From the NCBI GenBank assembly GCA_030704615.1, contig CM060731.1:43276001-43340000 (forward strand): a DNA stretch of 64,000 nucleotides. The letters run 5' to 3'. Below are positions 13,075 through 23,499 of the stretch, piece by piece. The notes beneath the pieces were generated by a model. It saw nothing but the letters and a program-made list of their open reading frames with translations. It did not search any database and was not told the origin of the DNA. Positions within the stretch are counted from its first letter, which is position 1; each line of letters opens with the position of its first letter. This stretch comes from Takakia lepidozioides (Eukaryota; Plantae; Bryophyta). Made by a program: the position numbers and the translations under genes.

Positions 13075-13300
13075 GAGGTTTACTATGTCATGAGCCCATG
13101 AGCGTGCATCCACGGAATTAGAAATTATCTGTCGTTAGTGACGGTAATAGGGCATATATCCACGGTAATAGGGCACTGTTTCTGAACTCCCGGGGACGCG
13201 GCTAGGCCTATTGCGGCGCCGTTATTCACATTTAGGGTTTGGAAAAAGAATAAAAAATGGCAGGAGATGGGTTAATCACGGTGCCGTAATACCAGCTTCG
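13075..13300 (+). mobile_element. Orphan terminus of the MULE-like family
   Basis: GAGGTTTACTATGTCATGAGCCCATGAGC matches the termini at 32128 and 46823. Subterminal ACGGTAATAGGG repeats follow. Confidence 0.75.
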
Positions 13301-13929
13301 TGCTTCTCGAAAATTCCTTGGTAGTGATGACTTGAGACCGCTTTGGCTGCTGCGACGTTTTTTGTTTGTTGGTCACCCAAAATTATAAAGTAAAGTCTGA
13401 CATTGGCTTATTGCAACACTATTATATCATTTGTAAAGGTCTTGTTGTTCCCAACACCTTATACTAGCCTATTGTTGTGTCATTTTTCTGTCAAAGATAA
13501 GAGGTCCCATCACATAATATAGTTGAATTGACTTTTTTTAAGACTAAATAAATCCCACACTGACTGAAGAGAGGTTAGGAAATTGCCATTCACTCTCCAC
13601 CTAAGCTTGCAAAGTGTCCTCCTCATCGCCGTCACTTTCAGACGTGGACATAGCGGATAAACTTGAGTACTTTGGCCTTGACAATTCTTGTATTGGGCCT
13701 CTCAATTGTATTCTCTCATTTCTTGCAACCAGTAATTGCTCTACCCGATTAGGCCTCTCCGCCCTCCTAATGGATCTCTAGCAGCCGTGTTTGCATACAA
13801 TGGGAGAAGAAATAAGAAGGGAGGAGGAGACCGAAGTTGAGGAGGCTCAAGTTACGGGAGAGCCGCTTCCCCCAATGCATGTATTTGAGTGAGTTGCCAC
13901 CATTGTAAGTGTGTTGGGTTCATTATAGC

Positions 13930-14130
13930 GACATCCATGTTTGACCATTATAACCCTAAAACGTTTGTTGACATATGACAATATTTACATACTGCCATGT
14001 TACAGCCTTGCAGACTCGTCCAATGAGGAGATGGTTTGATGAAAACAAAGACTGAAATACAATGCCATTCTTTGCCAGAAGGTCCTTTCTTGCAGTCCTC
14101 ATCGTCCTCATGCTCCTCCTCTGCTGGCAA
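13930..14130 (-). pseudogene. Possible BED zinc-finger (hAT-like) remnant
   Basis: PSGKEWHC...MAVCKYCH pattern only. Confidence 0.2.
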
Positions 14131-16757
14131 CTGCTGTAGGCCCGCTACATGGGGGGGGGTGCTATTCCGTGAGCCTGGAGGCGTGAGCCTGTGAGCCCAG
14201 GAAAGCGTGAGCCCAGCACAGGCTCACGCCACGTCAGCATGCAAACAGTGCCTATTTCCGCGGATGTCACCTATTTCCGAGTGGTGTCACCTATTTCCGC
14301 GGGTTGATGTGGGGAGAATTGAGAATTGAGAACAAAGTGGTTTGTTTGTTTTTGCAATGTACTCAAGTCTGTGAGGTCCACAAAACAACAAATATATTGA
14401 AGGAACAATCCGGGCAGTCCATGCAACCCCCATCTCCAACAATAGTTTGGAACCATGAATGTGAATTCCATGCACACATTGCAAAGAGGACAATAAGGAC
14501 ACACAACCATCCCATTTCAAATTTGTCCCAGAATTAAACCAAAAGAATACTTCATATCAAGTGTCGCAGTCATCACAATCAATGTCCACCTCCTGTGCTA
14601 TGTCATCTACAAAGATTCTGGCCCCAACACCACGTGTTCTACGAAGGCCATCGCAAGGTGGACTCTGAGTGCCATGAACGGACATGCTTGCTGCGAGTGC
14701 CTCCGCATAGACAGGTAGCACACAAGACCGAGGAGGACTGAAAACAAGTCCAAATAGGTGTGAGCCCAGGAGGGGCAAGTGGAAGCACGCGGACTCCTAC
14801 ACATGTCCACAAAATCCATTTTTAACACAATGATGCAATGCACAAGTCCAACGAAGAGGATGTCTCCATGTGCACTTTGCCTCAAGAACAGCGATTCTCG
14901 ATATTGAAACAACAATGCAAGCATGCACAGGTTCAACTTACTCACAGGCAAAGTCGGAGTCCAGCTCCTTGTCAGAAGTCTCCTCCTGTACCAGTATCAG
15001 CGGGACGGGGCTTCGGAAGGGACCTGAGAAGTGTGTCCACCCAAACCCATCAGGAGGTTCTTGTAAATCTCAGCATCCCCTTCAATCCCAAAGACATGTC
15101 GCGCACTGGCCTTGCAAGCGTGGTACGAAGCACCTGCAGTGGAATAGAATGAAGTAAGCAGACATTGAAGACACATTCGGAACGGTGGAAAGTGCTGAAA
15201 GTGCAAGCTCAATCAAACCTCATGAAATGTGAATGTTGAAGAGACGAACCTGTGCCCATCGACAAATCCAGAACTCTGGCGTCTGTGTAGGTGCAGCACT
15301 CCCATCGTTTGAATGAAAGCCGGGCTCCTCTCCCCTCGCCCCTCTCCAAGGAACCCCCATTCCCCCTTCGCAAGCACACGTTGCTGTCGACGTAGTTGTG
15401 ATGCATGTCATCCGTGGGAGGATCTGTCCTGTCATCTATGAACTTGCCCCCGTGAGTGATGGCAAACTCCGTAATGCCGGCCCGGAGTCGTTGGTGGATG
15501 CACCCGGACGAGACAAACAGCTTCAAACAGACGAGTCTGCGAACATGACATCCACAAGGAACTAAGAACCAAAATAAAATCGGGCCCCTACATATGAGTT
15601 TGGAGCGACCTATACAACACAATCCCAGAACAAAAAAGAAGAGGAAGAAGAAGGGAAACTCACCATCTCTCCCCGGACGATCCCCTTCGTAAGGTACATG
15701 CTGTTCACACAATTCCATGTCTTCACGACTCTCATGCCCGAGGCTTTCAAATAGCTGGCAAGGGCACGGCGACACCGAACATCGATGGACTGGATGAAAA
15801 CCAAAACACCTGCATCGGAAAGGAAGAAGTTGCAAAAGGAAAAAACCCACCGCCAGTAGCGCTCATCAAATGCATTCCAACCCGGACAAGCACCCGATGG
15901 AGGGATATCCGGGACTGCCAACCCATCAGGGATGTCCAAGATGATGAGTTCCGCTGCATATGGCTTCTCCTTCCCGTTCACCCACGATTTGGTCATTTTA
16001 GCCTGCAAACAAAAATTACATGGAATTCTGACAAGTTTTAAAACGATCCATGCCCACAGCAGACAAAGAGAGCAGAAGCCACAGAACCCAAAGAGAACAC
16101 GCACCGTGCTGAGGACTCGACAATCCTCTCCCACACTGGTGATGGCTCGCCCTTGTAATCAGATTTCTTCGACTCCATCATTGCAAGGAACCCGAACGTT
16201 GGCAATCTCCAACCTGGTTGACGAATGACCCTCGTGGGATGTTCCACTGCATGGTACGGGTCCTTGGGATCAACCACCCCCTGTTTTTTCTCCCGGATCC
16301 CCTACCATGCGGTGGAGTCTGCTGGACATGCTCCACAGGGCCAATAGCTGCAACACTTCCCTGCCCTTGTGCCACCTTCCCTCTACCCCTTCCCTTCCCC
16401 ACAACACCAGCAACATCTTTTCCCCTTTGCCTTTCTTCCTCTATACCGGGGTATCCTGAGCGGGAGCTCCTTCTCTCTGCAAGAGTCCTCAGATTACGCT
16501 CATGAATGTCGAGGTCCGCTGCTGCGGCAGTGGCTGCAATACGGTCATTCTCTCTCCTCAAAGACAACTCTACAGCTGGGGTCTCTGAAGGAGGGCAATC
16601 CAAATACCAACCACAAGAAGAAAGATGGTCTGGACCCCAGTCATGCAAGATCCCAGCAGTGAACATGGTCTGGTTGCCAGCAGGGACAAGCCAAAGGTCC
16701 ACGAAATCTGGATGTTTGTCCAAGCAATTCTCTTCCAAGAGAACAAACTTAATGTAC

Positions 16758-17111
16758 CTGCAGGAACAGACACAGCCTCATTTTCCAATGCACATATTGT
16801 GTCCCAGCTTTTTCAACACACACACAGGAAGACCCCCCTTAAACAGTATGCCACACAACACATTGCAACCACAACACAAGCAAAGAGTGCAAGGGTGGTG
16901 CACCTGTAAAGGCATCGTTTCCAGGCTTCCTCACCTGCAGGAACAGACACAGCCTCATTTTCCAATGCAACAATTGTCGTCCCAGCTTTTTCAAACACAC
17001 ACCAGGAAGACCCCCTTAAACAGTATGCCACACAACACATTGCAACCACAACACAAGCAAAGAGTGCAAGGGTGGTGCACCTGTAAAGGCATCGTTTCCA
17101 GGCTTCCTCTC
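16758..17111. repeat. 177-bp tandem duplication covering an exon end and the following intron
   Basis: Two near-identical units, 16758-16934 and 16935-17111. Confidence 0.9.
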
Positions 17112-17738
17112 CTTTTTCCTGCTGGTCAAGCTCATTTGTTCGACTGATGCCACCCTCCCTTGCTGAACTCTCTAAAGAAACCAGAGTGCCCACACTGTGG
17201 CTCTCCATTTTCCTCATGTATGCTTCGAAGGAGACTTCGGAGCTGTCATAGTGATGCCATAGTCAGCCAGCTGAGTATGCAGAACCGATCGGGCCCTTTC
17301 TTCCAACTGCAAAACATTGAAATGGAAGAATGAACCCAAAAACAGTCACACGCGAATGTAAGAGGCAATGGTAAGAGAAGGACAGGAAAAGAGAAAGAGA
17401 AGTGAGATACGAGAGGACATCACACCTGGCTCCAGTAAGTGGCCTTGTGAAGCCAGGTGTCCAGCACATTGTCACTGACAGGAACGACACGCTGGGTCTT
17501 CTTCTCCTTCTCTCTGGCCTTGGGAACATGTGGGTATCCCTAACTGTGGGATCGGAGTTCCATATCTGTAGCCACTTCACCTTCTGTTCAGAACACGACG
17601 GCGGTAGACAACCTGTGCAACTTCTCCTGGGCCATCTCCGGCTTGCCTGGCTTGTTATAATGGTTTTTTATCTCCAGGAGAAACTGCGGCCCGAATGATG
17701 GGTCGGCCATTCTCAACTGCTTCACAAAAGCACTCATT

Positions 17739-17888
17739 ATCTGCAATTCTTTGCTGCAAGGGAATGCAAGAGAGTTGGCATCAATCCAAGGTCAAGGGAG
17801 ACAGACAGAAACAATCTGCAATTCTTTGCTGCAAGGGAATGCAAGAGAGTTGGCATCAATCCAAGGTCAAGGGAGACAGACAGAAACA
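17739..17888. repeat. 75-bp exact tandem duplication
   Basis: ATCTGCAATTCTTTGCTGC... begins at 17739 and again at 17814. Confidence 0.9.
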
Positions 17889-19059
17889 AACATGTGGAAG
17901 CAGGAATATGGAAAGCCAGATGAAAGGAAGATGTATCTCACCGTGTACATGTACTACTCCATGAAAGCCTCACGGGTCAACGAGTACCATGTTTCCGAAG
18001 TCTTGGAGCTTTTCGCATTTCTTATACATCTCTGCCGAAAGGATGGTCTTGAAGTTGGTCAAGGGCATCTGCCCGATCCTTTGTATCCTATACAGTGTGT
18101 GAACCAGACTCGTTTTGACATGCGATGTCTCCGTCCCTCTGCAGAATGATATCTGAATTTCAGAATGTAATTCAAGGACTTGAATCAAGGAAGAACGGAA
18201 CCGAAAGTGCAACATGTACAATGAGAAACCAACCTGTTCACATCATTCCTTTTCCGTCAGAAGACCCTCATGTTGTCCGTCACAATCAAGCACCATCGAA
18301 TCGAACAGAGTAATGCCACTCCTTCCTCCTGTGAGTGCAAGCCTCCCAATGACAAGCCATCCATGCAAGCAACCGGTGGTTGCCATCCCAAACGTGAAAC
18401 ATCTTTCCCCGAGAATACTTGGGTGGAAGGTTTCCTGGAGAAAGAAGTTCGAAGGATTCGTTCACCTGTCTCCAAATGGGGTCCCAGGAGTCGACGATTG
18501 ACTCATCCAAAAGGAGCTCGTTACCTCTAGAATCCCTAGTAGAAACGTAAAAGACTGCGGATCCATCCAAATAACCCAGAACAAACTCGGCCTCCAGCTT
18601 GAGAATGTCTTTGACAAGGGGTGGACGAACGACGGGCATGGAAACCCAACCTACACAGGGGAATCTTCAAAACCTCCCACCAGGAGCAAGCATACTCTGA
18701 ACCACAAGCTGAGAGTTCACCTTTTGACCCCCAGCATCTCAGCGGCTTTGCTTTCATAAAACTCATCGTCAACATCACTATGGTCTCCTTCCCCTGACCC
18801 TGAGGGACCTCATCCGCCACACTTTGCATTTTCTCCTGCAAGGTTTGTTCACTCAAATTCTTATAAGAGAGGAATGAAACGTCGACCGCTGCATGCAAAA
18901 AAAGTGGGATAAAAAGGTAGTGTTCTTGAGCTGCCAGGTAAGTGTTCATTGATCCTCACGGACCTGCACTATGTTCCCCGATTTTCACAGGAAAGAACAT
19001 TGAAAAGTTCTGCTCAATATCTGCCCATGAGGGCCGAAAGTTGCGCCCTTCAATATTCA

Positions 19060-20937
19060 TATGTTTCTGCCTAAACAGTGTGCGGTTCCGCAGACTATTT
19101 GAGCTGACAGTGAAGGCTTCATTTTATACTCAGAAATGTGCCCCTAAGTGTCCAAATTTTGCACCCAGAAACATTGAAATCTCAGCTCAAACAGTGTGCG
19201 TTGCCGCACACTGTTTGGGCTGACAGTGAAGGATTCATCTCATCCTCAGAGGGGTGCCCCCTGAAGTCCAAATTTTGCAGCCTGAAACATTGAAGTGTTT
19301 AGCTCAAACAGAGTGCGTTGCCGCACACTGTCTGAGCTGGCAGTGAAGGGTTCATTTTCACCCTAACATAACAGACATCAAGACCAAATTTTGAACCCTA
19401 AAACATTGAAAAGGTCTGCTCAAACAGTGTGCGTTGCCGCACACTGTTTTGAGCTGGTTTGAAGGGTTCATTTCATCCTCAGATAACAGACCGCAAAGAC
19501 CAATTTTGCACCCTTAAACATTGAAATGTTCAGCTCAACAGTGTGCGTTGCCGCACACTGTCTGAGCTGGCAGTGAAGGGTTCATTTCACCCTCACATAA
19601 CAGACATCAAGACCAAATTTTGCACCCTAAAACAGGGAAATGTTCAGCTCAAACAGTGTGCGTTGCCGCACACTGTTTGAGCTGGCAGCACAGTGTTCAT
19701 TTCATCCTGAGATAGGTGCCCCTGAAGTCCAAATTTTGCACCAAGAAACATTGAAGTGCTCAGCTCAAACAGTGTGCATTGCCGCACAATGTTTGGGCTG
19801 ACAGTGAAGGGTTCATCTCATCCTCAGAGACGTGCCCCCTGAAGTCCAAATTTTGCACCCTAGAAACATTGAAATGTTCAGCTCAAACAGTGTGCGTTGC
19901 CGCACACTGTCTGAGCTCGCAGTGAAGGGTTCATTTCACCCCTCACACAGGTGCCCCTGAAGTCCAAATTTTGCACCCAGAAACATTGAAATGCTCAGCT
20001 CAAACAGTGTGCGTTGCCGCACACTGTCTGAGCTCGCAGTGAAGGGTTCATTTCACCCTCACACAGGTGCCCCTGAAGTCCAAATTTTGCACCTGCACAG
20101 AAACATTGAAATGCTCAGCTCAAACAGTGTGCGTTGCCGCACACTGTCTGAGCTCGCAGTGAAGGGTTCATTTCACCCTCACACAGGTGCCCCTGAAGTC
20201 CAAATTTTGCACCCGAAACATTTGAAATGCTCAGCTCAAACAGTGTGCGTTGCCGCACACTGTCTTAGCTGGCAGTGAAAGGTTCATTTCACACCATCAC
20301 CCACACAGGTGCCCCTAAAGTCCAAATTTTGCAACCCAGAAACATTGAAATGCTCAGCTCAAACAGTGTGCGTTGCCGCACACTGTTTGGGCTGACAGTG
20401 AAGGATTCATCTCATCCTCAGAGGGGTGCCCCTGAAGTCCAAATTTTGCAGCCTGAAACATTGAAGTGTTCAGCTCAAACAGAGTGCGTTGCCGCCCACT
20501 GTCTGAGCTGGCAGTGAGGGTTCATTTCACCCTAACATAACAGACATCAAGACCAAATTTTGAACCCTAAAACATTGAAAAGGTCTGCTCAAACAGTGTG
20601 CGTTGCCGCACGCTGTTTGAGCTGGTTTTGAAGGGTTCATTTCATCCTCAGATAACAGACAGCAAGACCAAATTTTGCACCCTTAAACATTGAAATGTTC
20701 AGCTCAAACAGTGTGCGTTGCCGCACACTGTATGAGCTGGCAGTGAAGGGTTCATTTCACCCTCACATAACAGACATCAAGACCAAATTTTGCACCCTAA
20801 AACAGGGAAATGTTCAGCTCAAACAGTGTGCGTTGCCGCACACTGTTTGAGCTGGCAGCACAGTGTTCATTTCATCCTAGATAGGTGCCCCTGAAGTCCA
20901 AATTTTGCACCAAGAAACATTGAAGTGCTCAGCTCAA
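19060..20937. repeat. Tandem array of ~16 units of ~117 bp, each with a 40-bp hairpin CAGCTCAAACAGTGTGCG-TTGC-CGCACACTGTTTGAGCTG
   Basis: Units counted directly. A 5-unit block (~19190-19770) recurs at ~20360-20937. Confidence 0.95.
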
Positions 20938-21121
20938 CGGTAATAGGGTCCGTAACCTGAAAAACGGCGACGTATTTCGCGGTAATAGGTCTCTCTGGCG
21001 AAAAATGGTGCCGAATTCCGCGGCTATAGTCCCCTCATGACAGGTAATTCGGCGCCATTTTTCCAGTGCATGTTCGGACTTAGCCAGTTCGGACTTAGCA
21101 AATGTCGGACGTGCAACTCAC

Positions 21122-23202
21122 CTCCCGCATATAGTCGCCGAACTGGAGGAAACGATAATGCCACCATGCTAGCCAACTGACCATTGCTCCCTCGTCTGAT
21201 TTCCTTACAACACCTGACGATGTCCACCAAGCCCGTATGCATGCAAACTGTGTCTCTGCATCATCCAAGGTAGGAGCGCGCTTCCACGCAAGGCACATGG
21301 AACGGTGCTCCTCTCTGAAATCTGGCGCCACGAGCCTGGTTGTGTACTGCGAAAGGCTTTGCAGAAAATGGAACCCACAAGATCTCTCCTTGCCTTCCAT
21401 GGGAACATTGGGGTCTTGCCCGTACACCCTTCGGATGGCAGCCCAATTTGCTTGTGCGTTGTCCGCCATGAAACCACGGAAATTCGGAGGGGGCAATCCC
21501 GCCTTGGCCATCTGTTCGTTTATTCCCTGCCAAAGAAGCATCTCCGATTGTGTGTCCTCTCCTTTCATCTCACAATAGCAATTGTCATTAGCATCCTGCA
21601 GTGGGTGTCGTAGACATGTGCACCCATTGTCACCCACTGGTGATTTGTAATTCACTTGATATGGTCGAACATGACCCAACTGTTTGACAAGTTCGTACTT
21701 GTCATCCTGTCAACCAGTTCGACGCCGCTGCCAGGTCCATACGTGGACATTTTGAGTACGAAACAACGATCTGCCTCAGTCCCTTGTCCTGGAAACCTAC
21801 TTCCATGAATGTAGTCATATCCACATCGTCGCTTCACCTCCAGAATGGAGTGCATATCCGAGCCACGCCCAATTTTCTGTTTGCATGAGACAATGTGGTT
21901 TCGGACATTCGGTGAACATACGTGGGACACCGACTCCAGCAATGCCTCCATTTCCTTCTCGTCGAGAGGAACTCTATCGGAGCCGTCTTCCGACATAATT
22001 CTGGCCAATGCCATCTTATGGGCGGCTTGGAGCTGTATCTGTTTGGGTTTGGCACCCCGGTCTCAACTTAACCTCCTCCTGAACGAGCTGCTCTGCTTCG
22101 TGGGCAGCCTCCCGCGAGTTCCCCCTCGCCCTTTGTGACAATGGGAACCAACGTGTATGCAAGCTCGGGTGAGGTCAGGGAAACGGTGCAACACATAGAA
22201 CTGCTTGGCATTACAAACAGACATGCAGTGTGGTGGTTCTTTGCAATGCGCAACACTAAATGTGGAGTTCGGAACCTTCTCCTGAGCTCGAAATGGTTGA
22301 TGAGCTGTGCCTGTCCAATCGGTCTCGTTCCTGTGACCTCTGGATTTAAAGTGGAAGCAAGTTGGGGAGAAACACCGCAACGCGCCCGCACAAACAACGT
22401 AGCGCACCCGCACACCATCGAGCATCTTCATGCTGGTGGTTTTGGTAACGCACCAAGGATGACCGTCATGTTTTCTATCCATATCTGTCAACATTCCGGA
22501 CACCCTCGAGGTCCGCCCGAGGAGGAACTCAAAGAAGATATTACCGTCGACGTCGGCGGGAAGGCATGTAACCGATTTAATTGCGAACTTGCTGTAGTCC
22601 AGCCCAGCCAGCTCCGACCGGTGTCCCTCCAGGTGAAGCCCTCGCAGAATTTCAAGAATAGATCGAACTGCGGTGCTCGTGCTGGGAATATGACTCCCTC
22701 CTCCACTGACGTCCATTGAGGACTTGCTTGATCTCCAGGACGACCTCGGAACTTCCATGACCTCGTCTGAGTCGGACAGGTTGTGAACAACCCGGTTCTG
22801 GCTCGTCTTCATGATGGGTTCGGCTCTGGATTTACTTCGTTGCGGACTTCTCTCTTTGAGGTAGCCACTCTCTGATTCGCGGATTGTTTCGTGGAAGGCG
22901 CCAGGATAGAAGGTGCATTTGGCGGGCAAATGAAGTCCCCAACAGCCTGTATATGACGTTGTCCAATGGTGGAACTCGCCATTTCCCTGCCATCGCCGAA
23001 ATCATCGTGGAGCACAACAATACTCTCGACAACAAGGCCGTTAGAGTCCTTCCTTTCCTCCTCCAAAAAACCGACCCCGTTTCAGGTGGTATCGAACGCA
23101 CAGATATTTCTCCATCAACCGGCAGGTGTCCCCTCTGCACGGAAATGAAGCTCTATGCTCGTGAGGAGGGCAGTACACTGTAGCGCTCGGGTTTTCCGCC
23201 AT
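21122..23202 (-). pseudogene. Mutator-like transposase, 3'-truncated (GCM/WRKY-like zinc domain plus D..D..CxxH; exon with catalytic E and SWIM missing)
   Basis: DGHPWCVTKT...CAGALRC...C...HVGSHCH; WVMFDHIK; FMADNAQANW; RSCGFHF. Stops at the intron donor after YMRE (21121), the same position as in element C. Confidence 0.85.
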
Positions 23203-23499
23203 GGGAGATGTGCACACAAGACTCCCAGGATGGAGTGCGGGGAACTCCCTGGTAGAAGGGGGATGCAGCGAAGGGAATGAATGCGATGCCGATTTGTCCG
23301 AGCGACGAAGCCTGATCCAAATCCAGGGAGCCAACTATCTCAAAAATCCACAGTCAGAGTGTTAATGAACCTTGTCTCCGGAATGCGGCCCCTGGTCTTT
23401 GCGCAATAACTGCCAACGGTATGCAGTCAGAAAGTGGGGGGCCGTCCGGATGATGACGGCTGAAGGGGAGAAGCCGGCACCGTGCCGTCACATTACTAC

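Larger units (their letters stand above)
14557..18949 (-). pseudogene. Multi-exon gene: ParB/Srx-like N-terminal domain plus beta-class N4-cytosine/N6-adenine DNA methyltransferase fold
   Basis: VRPPLVKDILKLE...MFHVWDGNHRLLAW (~18360-18630). AELIILDIPDG (DIPD at 15925-15936) ...FLSDAGVLVF. ARVLDLSMGTG/ASYHACKASARHVFGIEGD across an intron (~15270-15075). Motif IV precedes motif I, which is beta-class order. Frameshifts present. Confidence 0.8.
14151..20937 (-). mobile_element. MULE-like segment A1 (terminus, ParB-methyltransferase cargo gene, palindrome array)
   Basis: Terminus GGGGGGGGGTGCTATTCCGTGAGC with GTGAGC repeats. Cargo gene homologous to that of element C. Ends mid-repeat at 20937. 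Confidence 0.8.

Noticed and set aside
16930-16940. Recursive splice site CAG/GTGAG created by exact intron duplication
   Set aside because: Comparison with element C places the conserved donor 31 nt further on (TACAG/GTGCA), so the duplicated unit is not exactly an intron.
14557-18949. Bacterial contamination as the source of the ParB-methyltransferase gene
   Set aside because: It has spliceosomal introns conserved between two copies and is embedded among plant transposons and PPR genes.
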